DNA from: Acidocella sp. | Lineage (GTDB): Bacteria > Pseudomonadota > Alphaproteobacteria > Acetobacterales > Acetobacteraceae | DNA length: 64,000 nucleotides | NCBI GenBank assembly: GCA_035493735.1 | Contig: DATJHR010000119.1 | Coordinates: 3,589-67,588 of the forward strand | Direction: 5' to 3' | Shown here: in pieces, positions 21,172-30,481 of the stretch | Layout: each line of letters starts with the position of its first letter | Numbering within the stretch: the stretch's first letter is position 1 | The notes under the pieces: model-generated | Told to the model about the DNA's origin: nothing | Seen by the model: only the letters and a program-made list of their open reading frames with translations | Database searches by the model: none | Program-made: the position numbers and the translations under genes

Positions 21172-21744
21172 TCAGCCGTCGGTTTCACTGCGGCTCATGC
21201 GGCCGCGTGGCTCGCTGGTGCGCCGGCTGAATTCCGGGGCGATGTCGGCCAGATCAAGAAACTGGTCGGCCTGGCGCCGCAATTCATCGGCGATCATCGG
21301 CGGGCTTGTCCTGATCGTGGAGACGACCGACACGCGCACACCTTTGCGTTGCACCGCCTCGACCAGACGGCGAAAATCGGAATCGCCGGAGAACAGGATC
21401 ACATGGTCGAGGCGCGGCGCCAGCTCCAGCATGTCGATCGCCAGCTCGATATCCATGTTTCCCTTGATCCGTCTCCGTCCTTGCGCATCGGTGAACTCCT
21501 TGGCCGGCTTGGTCACCAGGCTGTAGCCATTATAGGCCAGCCAGTCCGTCAACGGTTTCAGCGGGGAATATTCCTCGGTTTCCAGCAGCGCCGAATAATA
21601 ATAGGCGCGGATCAAATTCAGGTTCACGCCGAAGTAATCGAGGAGCTTGCGATAATCGATGTCGAAGCCGAGGCTTCTCGTCGCCGCATAGAGATTTGCC
21701 CCGTCGATGAACAACGCGGTCCGTTCTTGCGCGGCGAATCTCAT
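21172..21744 (-). CDS. NYN domain (LabA/DUF88) protein
   Basis: FIDGANL, KGNMDIEL, SGDSDF motifs. Confidence 0.92.
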   Translation of the reverse strand: MRFAAQERTALFIDGANLYAATRSLGFDIDYRKLLDYFGVNLNLIRAYYYSALLETEEYSPLKPLTDWLAYNGYSLVTKPAKEFTDAQGRRRIKGNMDIELAIDMLELAPRLDHVILFSGDSDFRRLVEAVQRKGVRVSVVSTIRTSPPMIADELRRQADQFLDLADIAPEFSRRTSEPRGRMSRSETDG

Positions 21745-21863
21745 AACACTGCTCTTTTCACTCAAAAGTCCTCTGTAAATTTTCATATATACATCTCTGC
21801 AAAATGTTAGATAAGAGCCGCTTACGTATCTTGAAAAGGTTTTGGCGTGCGGGGGCTTGTGCA

Positions 21864-22367
21864 ATGATTTTGGTGGCGCTGGGCGCAAATTTGCCCGGTT
21901 TGAATGGCGCTTTGCCGATTGAGACATGTCGCGCCGCCGCCGCGGACGTTCGCGAAATTCCCGGTTTGAGTTTCGTTGCCGCGTCCTCCTGGTACCGCTC
22001 GCCGTCAATTCCGCGTTCGGAGCAGCCGGATTATTGCAACGGGGTCGTGCGCCTGGAGGGCGATGCCGATCCGGCCTGGCTGCTCACGCAGCTGCAAGCG
22101 ATTGAAAACAAATACGGCCGGCAGAGGTCGGTGCCGAATGCGGCGCGCACCCTCGATCTCGATATCATCGACCTCAACGGCCTGGTGCGCGGCAGCCCTG
22201 ATCCGATCCTACCGCATCCGCGCGCGCATCTGCGCGCCTTCGTGCTGCGGCCGATCGGGGATGTGGCGCCGGATTGGCGGCATCCGCAGTCCGGGAGCAG
22301 CATTAGCGCGCTGCTCGCCGCGTTGCCGGGGCAAGAGATCTCCCTTTGGGCACAAAACAGCGATTGA
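21864..22367 (+). CDS. folK: 6-hydroxymethyl-7,8-dihydropterin pyrophosphokinase
   Basis: ALGANL, RTLDLDII, PHPR...RAFVL.P. Confidence 0.93.
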   Translation: MILVALGANLPGLNGALPIETCRAAAADVREIPGLSFVAASSWYRSPSIPRSEQPDYCNGVVRLEGDADPAWLLTQLQAIENKYGRQRSVPNAARTLDLDIIDLNGLVRGSPDPILPHPRAHLRAFVLRPIGDVAPDWRHPQSGSSISALLAALPGQEISLWAQNSD

Positions 22368-22483
22368 ACCGCGTCGAAACCGGGGCAAAAGGCTGATCAG
22401 CCTGCCAAAAATGGCTTCAGGCTTGCATCGCGGCGGCGCGCTTGGTAGATCACGCGTTCAATTCTCTGCCTGGAGCGTATCGG

Positions 22484-22891
22484 ATGGCCCGCGTCACCGT
22501 TGAAGACTGCGTTTTGAAAGTGCCGAACCGGTTTGAACTGGTTCTGCTGGCGGCCCAGCGTGCCCGCAATATCAGCCGCGGCGAACAGCTCACCATCGAC
22601 CGGGACAACGACAAGAATCCGGTGGTCGCGCTGCGTGAGATCGCGGAAGAGACGTTGACGCTGCCCGCGCTGGAGCAGGATCTGGTGAAATCCCTGTCCC
22701 GTGTTCCCGAGCCGGAGCCGGTGGATGAGGAAGTGCTCGACCTGATCCCGACCGACCAGAATATTTTCGGCCTGCAGGATGTCTCCGCCGAGGAAGAGGC
22801 CGCCGCCATGGCTGCCGAGGGCGAGGAAATGTCGCCCGAGGACATCCAGGCTGCGATCGAGGCAGAGCTCGGCGGCAAGACCCGCCGCTGA
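22484..22891 (+). CDS. rpoZ: RNA polymerase omega subunit
   Basis: [34 protein letters not shown]. Confidence 0.97.
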   Translation: MARVTVEDCVLKVPNRFELVLLAAQRARNISRGEQLTIDRDNDKNPVVALREIAEETLTLPALEQDLVKSLSRVPEPEPVDEEVLDLIPTDQNIFGLQDVSAEEEAAAMAAEGEEMSPEDIQAAIEAELGGKTRR

Positions 22892-22899
22892 GTCGTGCC

Positions 22900-25152
22900 A
22901 TGGCAGGCTATTGGAGCCGAAGCCTGCCATTTGCCCCCGAGGGGCTGGCCAGCGCCAGTCCGCATCCGGAACTGAGCGGCCTGCTTTCACGCATTGCCGC
23001 CTATGACAGCAAGATCGATCCGGCGGTCATCGACGACGCTTATGGCGTCGCCTTCCATGCCCACGAAGCGCAGAAGCGCGACAATGGCGAGCCCTACATA
23101 ACCCATCCTCTGGCGGTGGCGACAATTCTGGCCGGCTACAAGCTGGACACGTCCTCCATTGTCACCGCCTTGTTGCACGACGTGATCGAGGACACCCCGG
23201 TCACGCTGACCGCCGTCCAGAAGCGCTTCGGCGCCGAGGTGGCCGGTCTGGTCGACGGCGTCACCAAGCTCACCCGGTTGGAATTGCAATCGGACCGCAC
23301 CAAGCAGGCGGAGAATTTCCGCAAGCTGGTTCTGGCGATGAGCAAGGATATCCGCGTGCTCATCGTCAAGCTCGCGGACCGTCTGCATAATATGCGCACC
23401 ATCAATGCCGTACGCGCGCCTGAGCGGCGCCAGCGCATCGCGCGCGAGACGATGGAGATTTACGCGCCGCTGGCCGAGCGCATCGGCATGGAATCGGTGA
23501 AGACCGAGCTGCAGACCCGCTCGTTCGCCGAACTTGACCCCGAGGCCTACGACACGATCCAGGCGCGCCTGAATTTTCTGCGCGGGCAGGGGGCCGACGT
23601 CATCGAGGAGGTGCGCCAGGAACTCTTACGCGTCTGCCGTGAGGCCGAGATTGAGGTGGTGGAAATTGCCGGGCGCGAAAAATCGCCTTAGTCCATCTGG
23701 GAGAAGATGCAGCGGCGCATTGTCGCCTTCGAGCAGCTCTCCGACATCATGGCCTTCCGCATCATCGTGCCGACGCGCGAGGCCTGCTATGTGGCGCTGG
23801 GTGCCATCCATGCCGCCTACCCGGTGATCGCCGGGCGGTTCAAGGACTATATTTCGACGCCCAAGGCCAACGGCTACCAGTCGCTGCATACCGGCGTGAC
23901 CTTGCGCCACCCGCGCAACCAGAAAATCGAAATCCAGATCCGCACCGCAGACATGCAGATGGTCGCGGAAAACGGCGTCGCCGCGCATTGGCTCTACAAG
24001 CAGGCCGATGCCACGCCGGCGGACCTGAAACGGTTCCGCTGGGTGCAGGACCTGCTCGAAATTCTCGAGAACTCCTCCGCCCCGGACGAGTTTCTCGAAA
24101 ATACCAAGCTGGAACTGTACCAGGACCAGGTGTTCTGCTTCACGCCGAAGGGCCAGCTGATCCAGCTGCCGCGCGGCGCCACGTCGGTTGATTTCGCCTA
24201 TGCCGTGCACAGCCAGATTGGCGATAGCTGCGTCGGCGCGCGCATCAATGGCCGGCTGATGCCGCTGCGCTATGAGCTGCAAAATGGCGACCAGGTGGAG
24301 ATTCTCACCGCGCGCGGCGGCACGCCGTCGCCAGCCTGGGAGCGGTTTGTCGTCACCGGCAAGGCGCGTGCGCGCATCCGCCGCTTCCTGGCCCAGCAGA
24401 TGCGCGAGCAGCATCGCGATGCCGGCAAGTCCGCCCTGGCCAAGGCCTTCCGTCAGGAAGGCGTGGACGGTTCGGAAAAAGTCCTGGAAGCCGCAGCAAA
24501 GACGCTCAAGCAGGCATCGCTCGACGATCTTTATATCGCGGTCGATACGGGCATTATCGGCGCCAAAGAGGTGGTTCACACTGCCTATCCGGAACTGCGC
24601 GAGCAGCGTGCGCCGCGCATGCTGCCGGGCTTCATGGGCCAGGCGCTCACCGCGCGCTCGCCGCGCCATGCCGGCGTGGCCGATACCGGCATGGCGGTCA
24701 CCGGCCTCGTCGCCGGCATGGATGTGCATTACGCCGGCTGCTGCCACCCGCTGCCCGGCGACAAGATTGTCGGCATCGTCGCCACCGGCAAGGGCGTCAC
24801 GGTCCATACGAAGGATTGCGCGACGCTGGAAACCTTTGCCGCCACGCCCGAGCGCTATATCGACGTCGATTGGGACGACAATGTCATCGCCCGCAGCGAC
24901 CGCAAGTCCGGCCGTTTCATCGGTCGCATCAGCGTCATTGCGAGCAACAATCCCGGGGCTTTGGCAAGCTTGACGAACGCCGTCGCCAAGCAGGAAGGCG
25001 CCATTTCCAATCTCAAGGTGGTGCACCGGCAGCAGGACTTTTTCGAGGCGCTCGTCGATGTGGAGGTGCGCGACGTCCGGCATCTGTCGCAGGTTATCGG
25101 CGGGCTGCGTGGCGCCGCCGGCATTGCCCAGGTGGAGCGCGCGAAGGCATGA
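22900..25152 (+). pseudogene. spoT: Bifunctional (p)ppGpp synthetase/hydrolase Rel/SpoT interrupted by an in-frame TAG at 23689-23691
   Basis: ORFs 22900-23691 and 23707-25152 share one frame; reads GREKSP*SIWEKM (normally Y); HD motif LLHDVIED, synthetase KDYI..PK.NGYQSLH, then TGS, CCHP and ACT domains. Confidence 0.85.
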
Positions 25153-25559
25153 TCATCGGCCTCGGTTCCGACATTTGCGACATTCGTCGCATCGAAGCCG
25201 CTTTGGCGCGCTTTGACGGGCGCTTCACCTTCCGCATCTTCTCCGAGGTGGAGCGGGCGCGCTCCGAGCGGCGGCCACAGGCAAGGGCGGCCAGCTACGC
25301 CAAGCGCTTCGCCGCGAAGGAAGCCTGCGCCAAGGCGCTCGGCACCGGGTTCAGGCACGGCGTGTTCTTCTCCGATCTGCGTGTGACGAACCTGGACAGT
25401 GGCCAACCGACCATGACCCTGCATGGCGGCGCGCTGGCGCGGCTCGCGGCGCTGATCCCGCCGGGTCATGCGCCGCACATCGCCGTCTCGCTGACCGACG
25501 AATATCCTTATGCCTACGCTCAGGTCATCATTTCCGCAGAGCGGCTCGCCGGCGATTGA
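25149..25559 (+). CDS. acpS: Holo-ACP synthase
   Basis: [22 protein letters not shown]; ATGA overlap with the rel stop. Confidence 0.95.
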   Translation: MIIGLGSDICDIRRIEAALARFDGRFTFRIFSEVERARSERRPQARAASYAKRFAAKEACAKALGTGFRHGVFFSDLRVTNLDSGQPTMTLHGGALARLAALIPPGHAPHIAVSLTDEYPYAYAQVIISAERLAGD

Positions 25560-25605
25560 CGGCTCCGCGCCGGGGATGACACCGCTCATACACACGGAGC
25601 CGACG

Positions 25606-26220
25606 ATGACCATGTATTTTTACGAACCCACCGCCGGGCATGGGCTGGCGCATGATCCGTTCAACGCCATCGTCGGGCCGCGGCCGATCGGCTGGGTCTC
25701 GACCCGGGGCGCCGATGGAAGGGTGAATCTCGCCCCGTACAGTTTTTTCAACGCCTTCAATTACACGCCGCCGATCGTCGGCTTTGCCAGCACCGGCCCG
25801 AAAAATTCGGTGCGCAACGTGCAAGAGACGCGCGAATTCGTGTGGAACCTGGCGACCCGCAAGCTGGCCACGCAAATGAACGCGACTTCGGCTTCCGTGC
25901 CGTACGGGGTGGATGAATTCGAACTGGCCGGGTTGGACAAAGCGCCGTCACGCCTGGTGGCGCCGCCGCGCGTGGCCGCCAGCCCGGTGCATTTCGAGTG
26001 CAAACTGGCCGATATCGTCCAGCTGAAGAGTTCGACCGGCGCGCTGGTCCCGACCTGGCTGGTGCTGGGCGAGGTGGTCGGCGTGCATATCGACCCGGCT
26101 TTGCTCAAGGACGGCCTGTTCGATACGTTCGGCGCGGAGATCATCCTGCGCGCGGGCGGCCCGTCGGCCTATGCGGCGATCGCGCCGGATGCCCGGTTCG
26201 ACATGGTGAGGCCAAAGTAA
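25606..26220 (+). CDS. Flavin reductase family protein
   Basis: PRPIGWVST, NLAPYSFFN, SPVHFEC. Confidence 0.9.
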   Translation: MTMYFYEPTAGHGLAHDPFNAIVGPRPIGWVSTRGADGRVNLAPYSFFNAFNYTPPIVGFASTGPKNSVRNVQETREFVWNLATRKLATQMNATSASVPYGVDEFELAGLDKAPSRLVAPPRVAASPVHFECKLADIVQLKSSTGALVPTWLVLGEVVGVHIDPALLKDGLFDTFGAEIILRAGGPSAYAAIAPDARFDMVRPK

Positions 26221-26350
26221 GGAAGGGCCGCTTTTTGAAAAAAGCGGCGCAAAAACTTTTTTAAACTGGGCCGGTGGCGGTGCAACCAGCACGGCCCAGA
26301 TGAACAAAGTTTTTTTGCTACTTTTTGTTCACAAAAAGTAGCCTTTCTTA
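26218..26350 (+). repeat. Palindromic element, copy 4 (centre type A, minimal 133 bp)
   Basis: TAAGGAAGGGCCGC...GTAGCCTTTCTTA; both ends are TAA stops of convergent genes. Confidence 0.95.
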
Positions 26351-26593
26351 CTTTTCCGCATCGCGGAAATAGGGCTCGACCGTGCCTTTGAGCCGCATGG
26401 TCAGCGGCTTGCCGTGGCGGTCGACGCTTTTGCCGACGGCCACCCGCACCCAGCCTTCGGACACGGAATATTCCTCGACATTGTTTTTCTCGACGCCGTT
26501 GAAGCGGATGCCGATGCCGCGTTCGAGCAGGGCCTCGTTATAGTGCGGGCTGTCGGGATCGATCGAGAGGCGATCGGGAGGTGTGTCGCTCAT
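26348..26593 (-). CDS. DUF3297 family protein
   Basis: PDRLSIDP.SP, GIRFNG.EK.NVEEY..SEGW. Confidence 0.85.
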   Translation of the reverse strand: MSDTPPDRLSIDPDSPHYNEALLERGIGIRFNGVEKNNVEEYSVSEGWVRVAVGKSVDRHGKPLTMRLKGTVEPYFRDAEK

Positions 26594-27831
26594 AGGTATC
26601 TGCTCAGTTTCAGCTTCAGTTTGGTGACGAGGCTCGCGGGCGGGGAATCGGTCAGGGCGACCACGGCGCTGGTGCCCAGCGTCTTGCCGTCCAGCGTGTA
26701 GGTGACCGTGCCCAATGTTTCGCCTTTGGTTACGCCCGGCGTCAGGTCAGCCGTATAGGTGATCTTGTACGCCACTTTGGAGACGCCGTCAGAGGGCAGG
26801 GTGAGGTCGAGCGTTTGCGCGACGCCGACCGGGACCATGCCGGAATTCAGCGCTGGGCTCTTGAGTGTGGCGATCTGCTGGCCGGCGGTGGAAATGGCCG
26901 TATCGGTGTAGAATTTCTGGCCGTAATCGAGCAGCGCCTCGATGGCCCCCGTGCTGGCGTGCCAGGAGGGACCGCCCATCACCACGGCGATCAGGCGCAT
27001 GTCGCCGCGCACCGCCGTGGCGTCGATGCAGTGCCCGCTTTCGTTGGTCAGGCCGGTCTTCAGCCCGTCCACGGTGGGGTCCACCGCCAGAACCGGGTTC
27101 CAGCTGGTCTGGGTGATGTTGTCGTACGTGTAGTTCGGCAGCTTGGAGATGTTCAGGATCTGCGGCTCGTCCTGCAGAATTGCGCGGCTCAGCATGGCGA
27201 CGTCGAGCGCGCTGGTATGCAGCCCCGGGTCGGGCAGGCCGTCGACATCGGTGTAGTGGGTGTTCGTCAGGCCCAATTCCTGGGCGTCCCGGTTCATCAG
27301 CTGCACGAAACTATCCTGCGTGCCGGCGACGGCCTGAGCCAGCGCTACGGCGGCATCGTTGCCGGAATCGATGATCAGCCCGTGCAGCAGCTCATCGACG
27401 GTGACATTCGTGTTCGGGTTGATGAACATGCGCGAGCCGCCGGTATGCCAGGCGTTCACGCTGACCGGGACCGTCTGGTTCATGGTCAGGCTGCCATTCT
27501 TGACCGCCTGATACACGATGTGGGCGGTCATCAGCTTGGTCAGGCTGGCCGGCGCCACCTGCAGGTTCGGATTGGCCTCGGCGATGATGGCGCCGGTGCG
27601 GGCATCCATCAGCACATAGGAGCTCATGTCAGGCAGAACCGGCGGGGTCGGGGTGTTGGGATCGGCGATCGGGCTGACCGGCACGGGCGCCGGGCCGCTC
27701 GGGGGCGGCGTCTTACCCGTCATGGAGAAGTTGCTGGGCAGGGGGCGCGCCACGGCCGGGGCGCCAAGGGCGACGGCCGCGGCGATGGCGACGAGAGAAG
27801 AGATGCCGGCGGGTTTGATCATGAGGCGCAT
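26590..27831 (-). CDS. D-alanyl-D-alanine carboxypeptidase (peptidase S11)
   Basis: SLTK (SxxK), SGN (SxN), KTG motifs; signal peptide; start approximate. Confidence 0.92.
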   Translation of the reverse strand: MRLMIKPAGISSLVAIAAAVALGAPAVARPLPSNFSMTGKTPPPSGPAPVPVSPIADPNTPTPPVLPDMSSYVLMDARTGAIIAEANPNLQVAPASLTKLMTAHIVYQAVKNGSLTMNQTVPVSVNAWHTGGSRMFINPNTNVTVDELLHGLIIDSGNDAAVALAQAVAGTQDSFVQLMNRDAQELGLTNTHYTDVDGLPDPGLHTSALDVAMLSRAILQDEPQILNISKLPNYTYDNITQTSWNPVLAVDPTVDGLKTGLTNESGHCIDATAVRGDMRLIAVVMGGPSWHASTGAIEALLDYGQKFYTDTAISTAGQQIATLKSPALNSGMVPVGVAQTLDLTLPSDGVSKVAYKITYTADLTPGVTKGETLGTVTYTLDGKTLGTSAVVALTDSPPASLVTKLKLKLSRYL

Positions 27832-27936
27832 GTCTTTCTGCTGAGTCAGGCAATTGCGCCGTCTCTCTGCACCGATTTCTTGACAAGCCGCAAGCGCCGC
27901 GCTTGATGCTGCGGCCCGTTCTGATAGGCTCCTGTT

Positions 27937-28728
27937 ATGGCATTCTTCCATCAAAAATCTTCGCCCGCTAGTCGCAAACCAGCCCAAGCTGGACAGCGGA
28001 AAGCAGCCTCCACCTTGGAATTTATCAAGACGGTCATTTATGCCGGACTGATCGCAGTGGGGATTCATACCTTCCTGTTCGAACCGTTTTTTATTCCATC
28101 GGGCAGCATGGTGCCGACCATGCTGGTGGGCGATTACCTTTTTGTAAATAAGTTTGCCTACGGTTACTCACATTTTTCTCTGCCTTTCGCGCCTGACCTG
28201 TTCTCCGGGCGCATCTTCGGCAGCACGCCCAAGCGCGGCACGGTCATCGTGTTCCGCCCGCCGGGCGACCCCAGCACGGACTACATCAAGCGCGTGATCG
28301 GCCTGCCGGGCGACACGGTGCAGATGAGAGACGGCCAGCTTTACGTTAACGACCAGCTGGTGCCGACCACCACCGTAGGCCATTACGTCGACACCAGCTC
28401 CGGCGGCCCGGTGGTCGCGACCGAGCTGCAGGAGCACCTGCCCGGCGGCAAGGTGAACGACATCCTCAAGGAGACCGACCAGGGCTACGCCAACAACACG
28501 CCGGTCTTTCAGGTTCCGCCCGGGCATTTGTTCGTGATGGGCGACAACCGCGATGACAGCGAGGATTCCCGTTTCATGGACGGGCCGGTCGGCTATGTGC
28601 CGATCGCCAATGTTGTCGGCCCGGCGGACCTGATTTTCTTCTCGATCGACCTGCGCCACCCGTTCTATGAGTTCTGGTATTGGCCCACGGAAATCCGCTG
28701 GGATCGGCTGCTCAAGATCATCCATTGA
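27937..28728 (+). CDS. lepB: Signal peptidase I
   Basis: IPSGSM.PT, YIKRVIGLPGD, MGDNRD.S.DSR. Confidence 0.96.
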   Translation: MAFFHQKSSPASRKPAQAGQRKAASTLEFIKTVIYAGLIAVGIHTFLFEPFFIPSGSMVPTMLVGDYLFVNKFAYGYSHFSLPFAPDLFSGRIFGSTPKRGTVIVFRPPGDPSTDYIKRVIGLPGDTVQMRDGQLYVNDQLVPTTTVGHYVDTSSGGPVVATELQEHLPGGKVNDILKETDQGYANNTPVFQVPPGHLFVMGDNRDDSEDSRFMDGPVGYVPIANVVGPADLIFFSIDLRHPFYEFWYWPTEIRWDRLLKIIH

Positions 28729-29396
28729 GCGGCCTGGATGATGCGCAGGCGTTGCTCGGGCACCGGTTTCAGCGCCCGAAGCTTCTCGCCGAAGCGCTGA
28801 CGCACCGCTCCGCCGCCGGCGCGCGCGGGGTGGGCTCCAACGAACGTCTGGAATTCATCGGCGACCGCGTCCTCGGGCTTGTGGTCGCCGAATGGCTGCT
28901 GGAGCGTTTTCCCGACGAGCAGGAGGGCAAGCTTGGCCCGCGGCTCGCGGCCTTGGTCTCGAAACCGTCCTTGGCGCAGATCGCGGAGGCCAATGGTGTC
29001 GCGGCTTTGCTGAGCGTGGCCCCCGGTGAGGCCAAGCGCGGGGTGCGCAGCCAAGCCACGGTGCTGGCCGACGCGCTGGAGGCGATGATCGGCGCGCTGT
29101 ATCTTGATGCCGGGCTCGCCGCGGCCCGCGATTTTATTCGTAAAGTTTTGTGTCATGTCCTTGAGCAGCAATATATTCCGCCGAAAGACCCCAAAACCGC
29201 TTTGCAGGAATGGGCGTTGAAGCGCGCCTTGCCGCTGCCGGCCTATGAGACGGTCTCCATGTCCGGCCCCTCGCACGAGCCGCATTTCCTGGTGAAGGTC
29301 AGCGTCGGCGATGCCGCCGCGCGGGGCGAGGCCGGCTCCAAGCGCGCCGCCGAGCAGGCGGCTGCGCGCACCTTGCTGGCGAGGCTCCCGGAATGA
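28725..29396 (+). CDS. rnc: Ribonuclease III
   Basis: ALTHRS, NERLEFIGD, ADALEA.IGA.YLD, DPKTALQE; probable TTG start. Confidence 0.95.
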   Translation: MSGLDDAQALLGHRFQRPKLLAEALTHRSAAGARGVGSNERLEFIGDRVLGLVVAEWLLERFPDEQEGKLGPRLAALVSKPSLAQIAEANGVAALLSVAPGEAKRGVRSQATVLADALEAMIGALYLDAGLAAARDFIRKVLCHVLEQQYIPPKDPKTALQEWALKRALPLPAYETVSMSGPSHEPHFLVKVSVGDAAARGEAGSKRAAEQAAARTLLARLPE

Positions 29397-30286
29397 CCAA
29401 ATGCGGCTTCATCGCCTTGATCGGCGCGCCCAATGCGGGAAAATCCACGTTGCTCAACCGGCTGACCGGGGCGAAGCTCTCCATCGTCACGCCGAAAGCG
29501 CAAACCACGCGGGCGCGGGTGCTGGGCATTCTCATGCGCGGCGAGGCGCAGATCCTGTTCGTCGACACCCCGGGCATTTTCGCGCCGAAACGCCGGCTGG
29601 ACCGGGCCATGGTCGCGGCCGCCTGGGACGGGGCGGGGGACGCGGATTATCTGCTCCTGCTGGTCGACGCCAAAACCGGGCTGACCGAGGCCGTGCGCGG
29701 CATCATCGCCCAAGCCGCGGCCACCGGCCGCAAGATGGCGCTGGTGTTGAACAAGGTGGATCTGGTGGAACGGCACCGGCTGCTGCCGCTGACCCAGGAC
29801 ATCGCAGGGCTCGCGAGCTTCGAACAGGTGTTCATGATCTCCGCCGCCACCGGCGACGGCATCGACGTGCTGCTCGATTTCTGCACCGCCAAGCTGCCCG
29901 AGGGGCCGTATCTGTACCCTGAGGACGAGCTCACCGACCTCCCGGACCGGCTGCTGGCGGCGGAAATCGTCCGAGAGCAGATTTTTCTGCAGACCCGCGA
30001 CGAGGTGCCCTATGGCACCACGGTCGAGACCGAGAGTTTCAAGACGCAGAAAGACGGCGCGGTGCGGATCGACGCCGTCATCTACGTCGCCCGGGCCGGG
30101 CACAAGGCGATTCTGATCGGTGCCAAAGGCGCGCGGATCAAGGATATCGGCGCCCGCGCGCGGCGGGAACTGAGCGCGCTGCTGGAATGCAACGTGCATC
30201 TGTTCCTGCGCGTGAACGAACGCCCCGGCTGGGATGAGGAAGCCGAACGGATCCGTGCGACCGGGCTGAACGATCCGAAAAGTTAG
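29393..30286 (+). CDS. era: GTPase Era
   Basis: GAPNAGKST, DTPG, NKVD, KH domain. Confidence 0.97.
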   Translation: MTKCGFIALIGAPNAGKSTLLNRLTGAKLSIVTPKAQTTRARVLGILMRGEAQILFVDTPGIFAPKRRLDRAMVAAAWDGAGDADYLLLLVDAKTGLTEAVRGIIAQAAATGRKMALVLNKVDLVERHRLLPLTQDIAGLASFEQVFMISAATGDGIDVLLDFCTAKLPEGPYLYPEDELTDLPDRLLAAEIVREQIFLQTRDEVPYGTTVETESFKTQKDGAVRIDAVIYVARAGHKAILIGAKGARIKDIGARARRELSALLECNVHLFLRVNERPGWDEEAERIRATGLNDPKS

Positions 30287-30441
30287 AAAAGCAAAGGAAG
30301 CGCTACTTTTTGTGCACAAAAAGTAGCAAAAAAACTTTGTTAGTTTGGGCCGTGCTGGTTTCGCGGCCACCGGCCCAAAGTCAAAGAAAGTTTTTGCGCC
30401 GCTTTTTTCAAAAAGCGGCCCTTCCTTCCCTCGTTTCGTTA
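30284..30441 (-). repeat. Palindromic element, copy 5 (centre type A, reverse orientation)
   Basis: Starts at the era TAG; GCTACTTTTTGTGCACAAAAAGTAGC ... GCCGCTTTTTTCAAAAAGCGGC. Confidence 0.95.
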
Positions 30442-30481
30442 GCCTAAAGGCCGCTCCAAAGCTTGGGCGGAGGCGCGGCGC

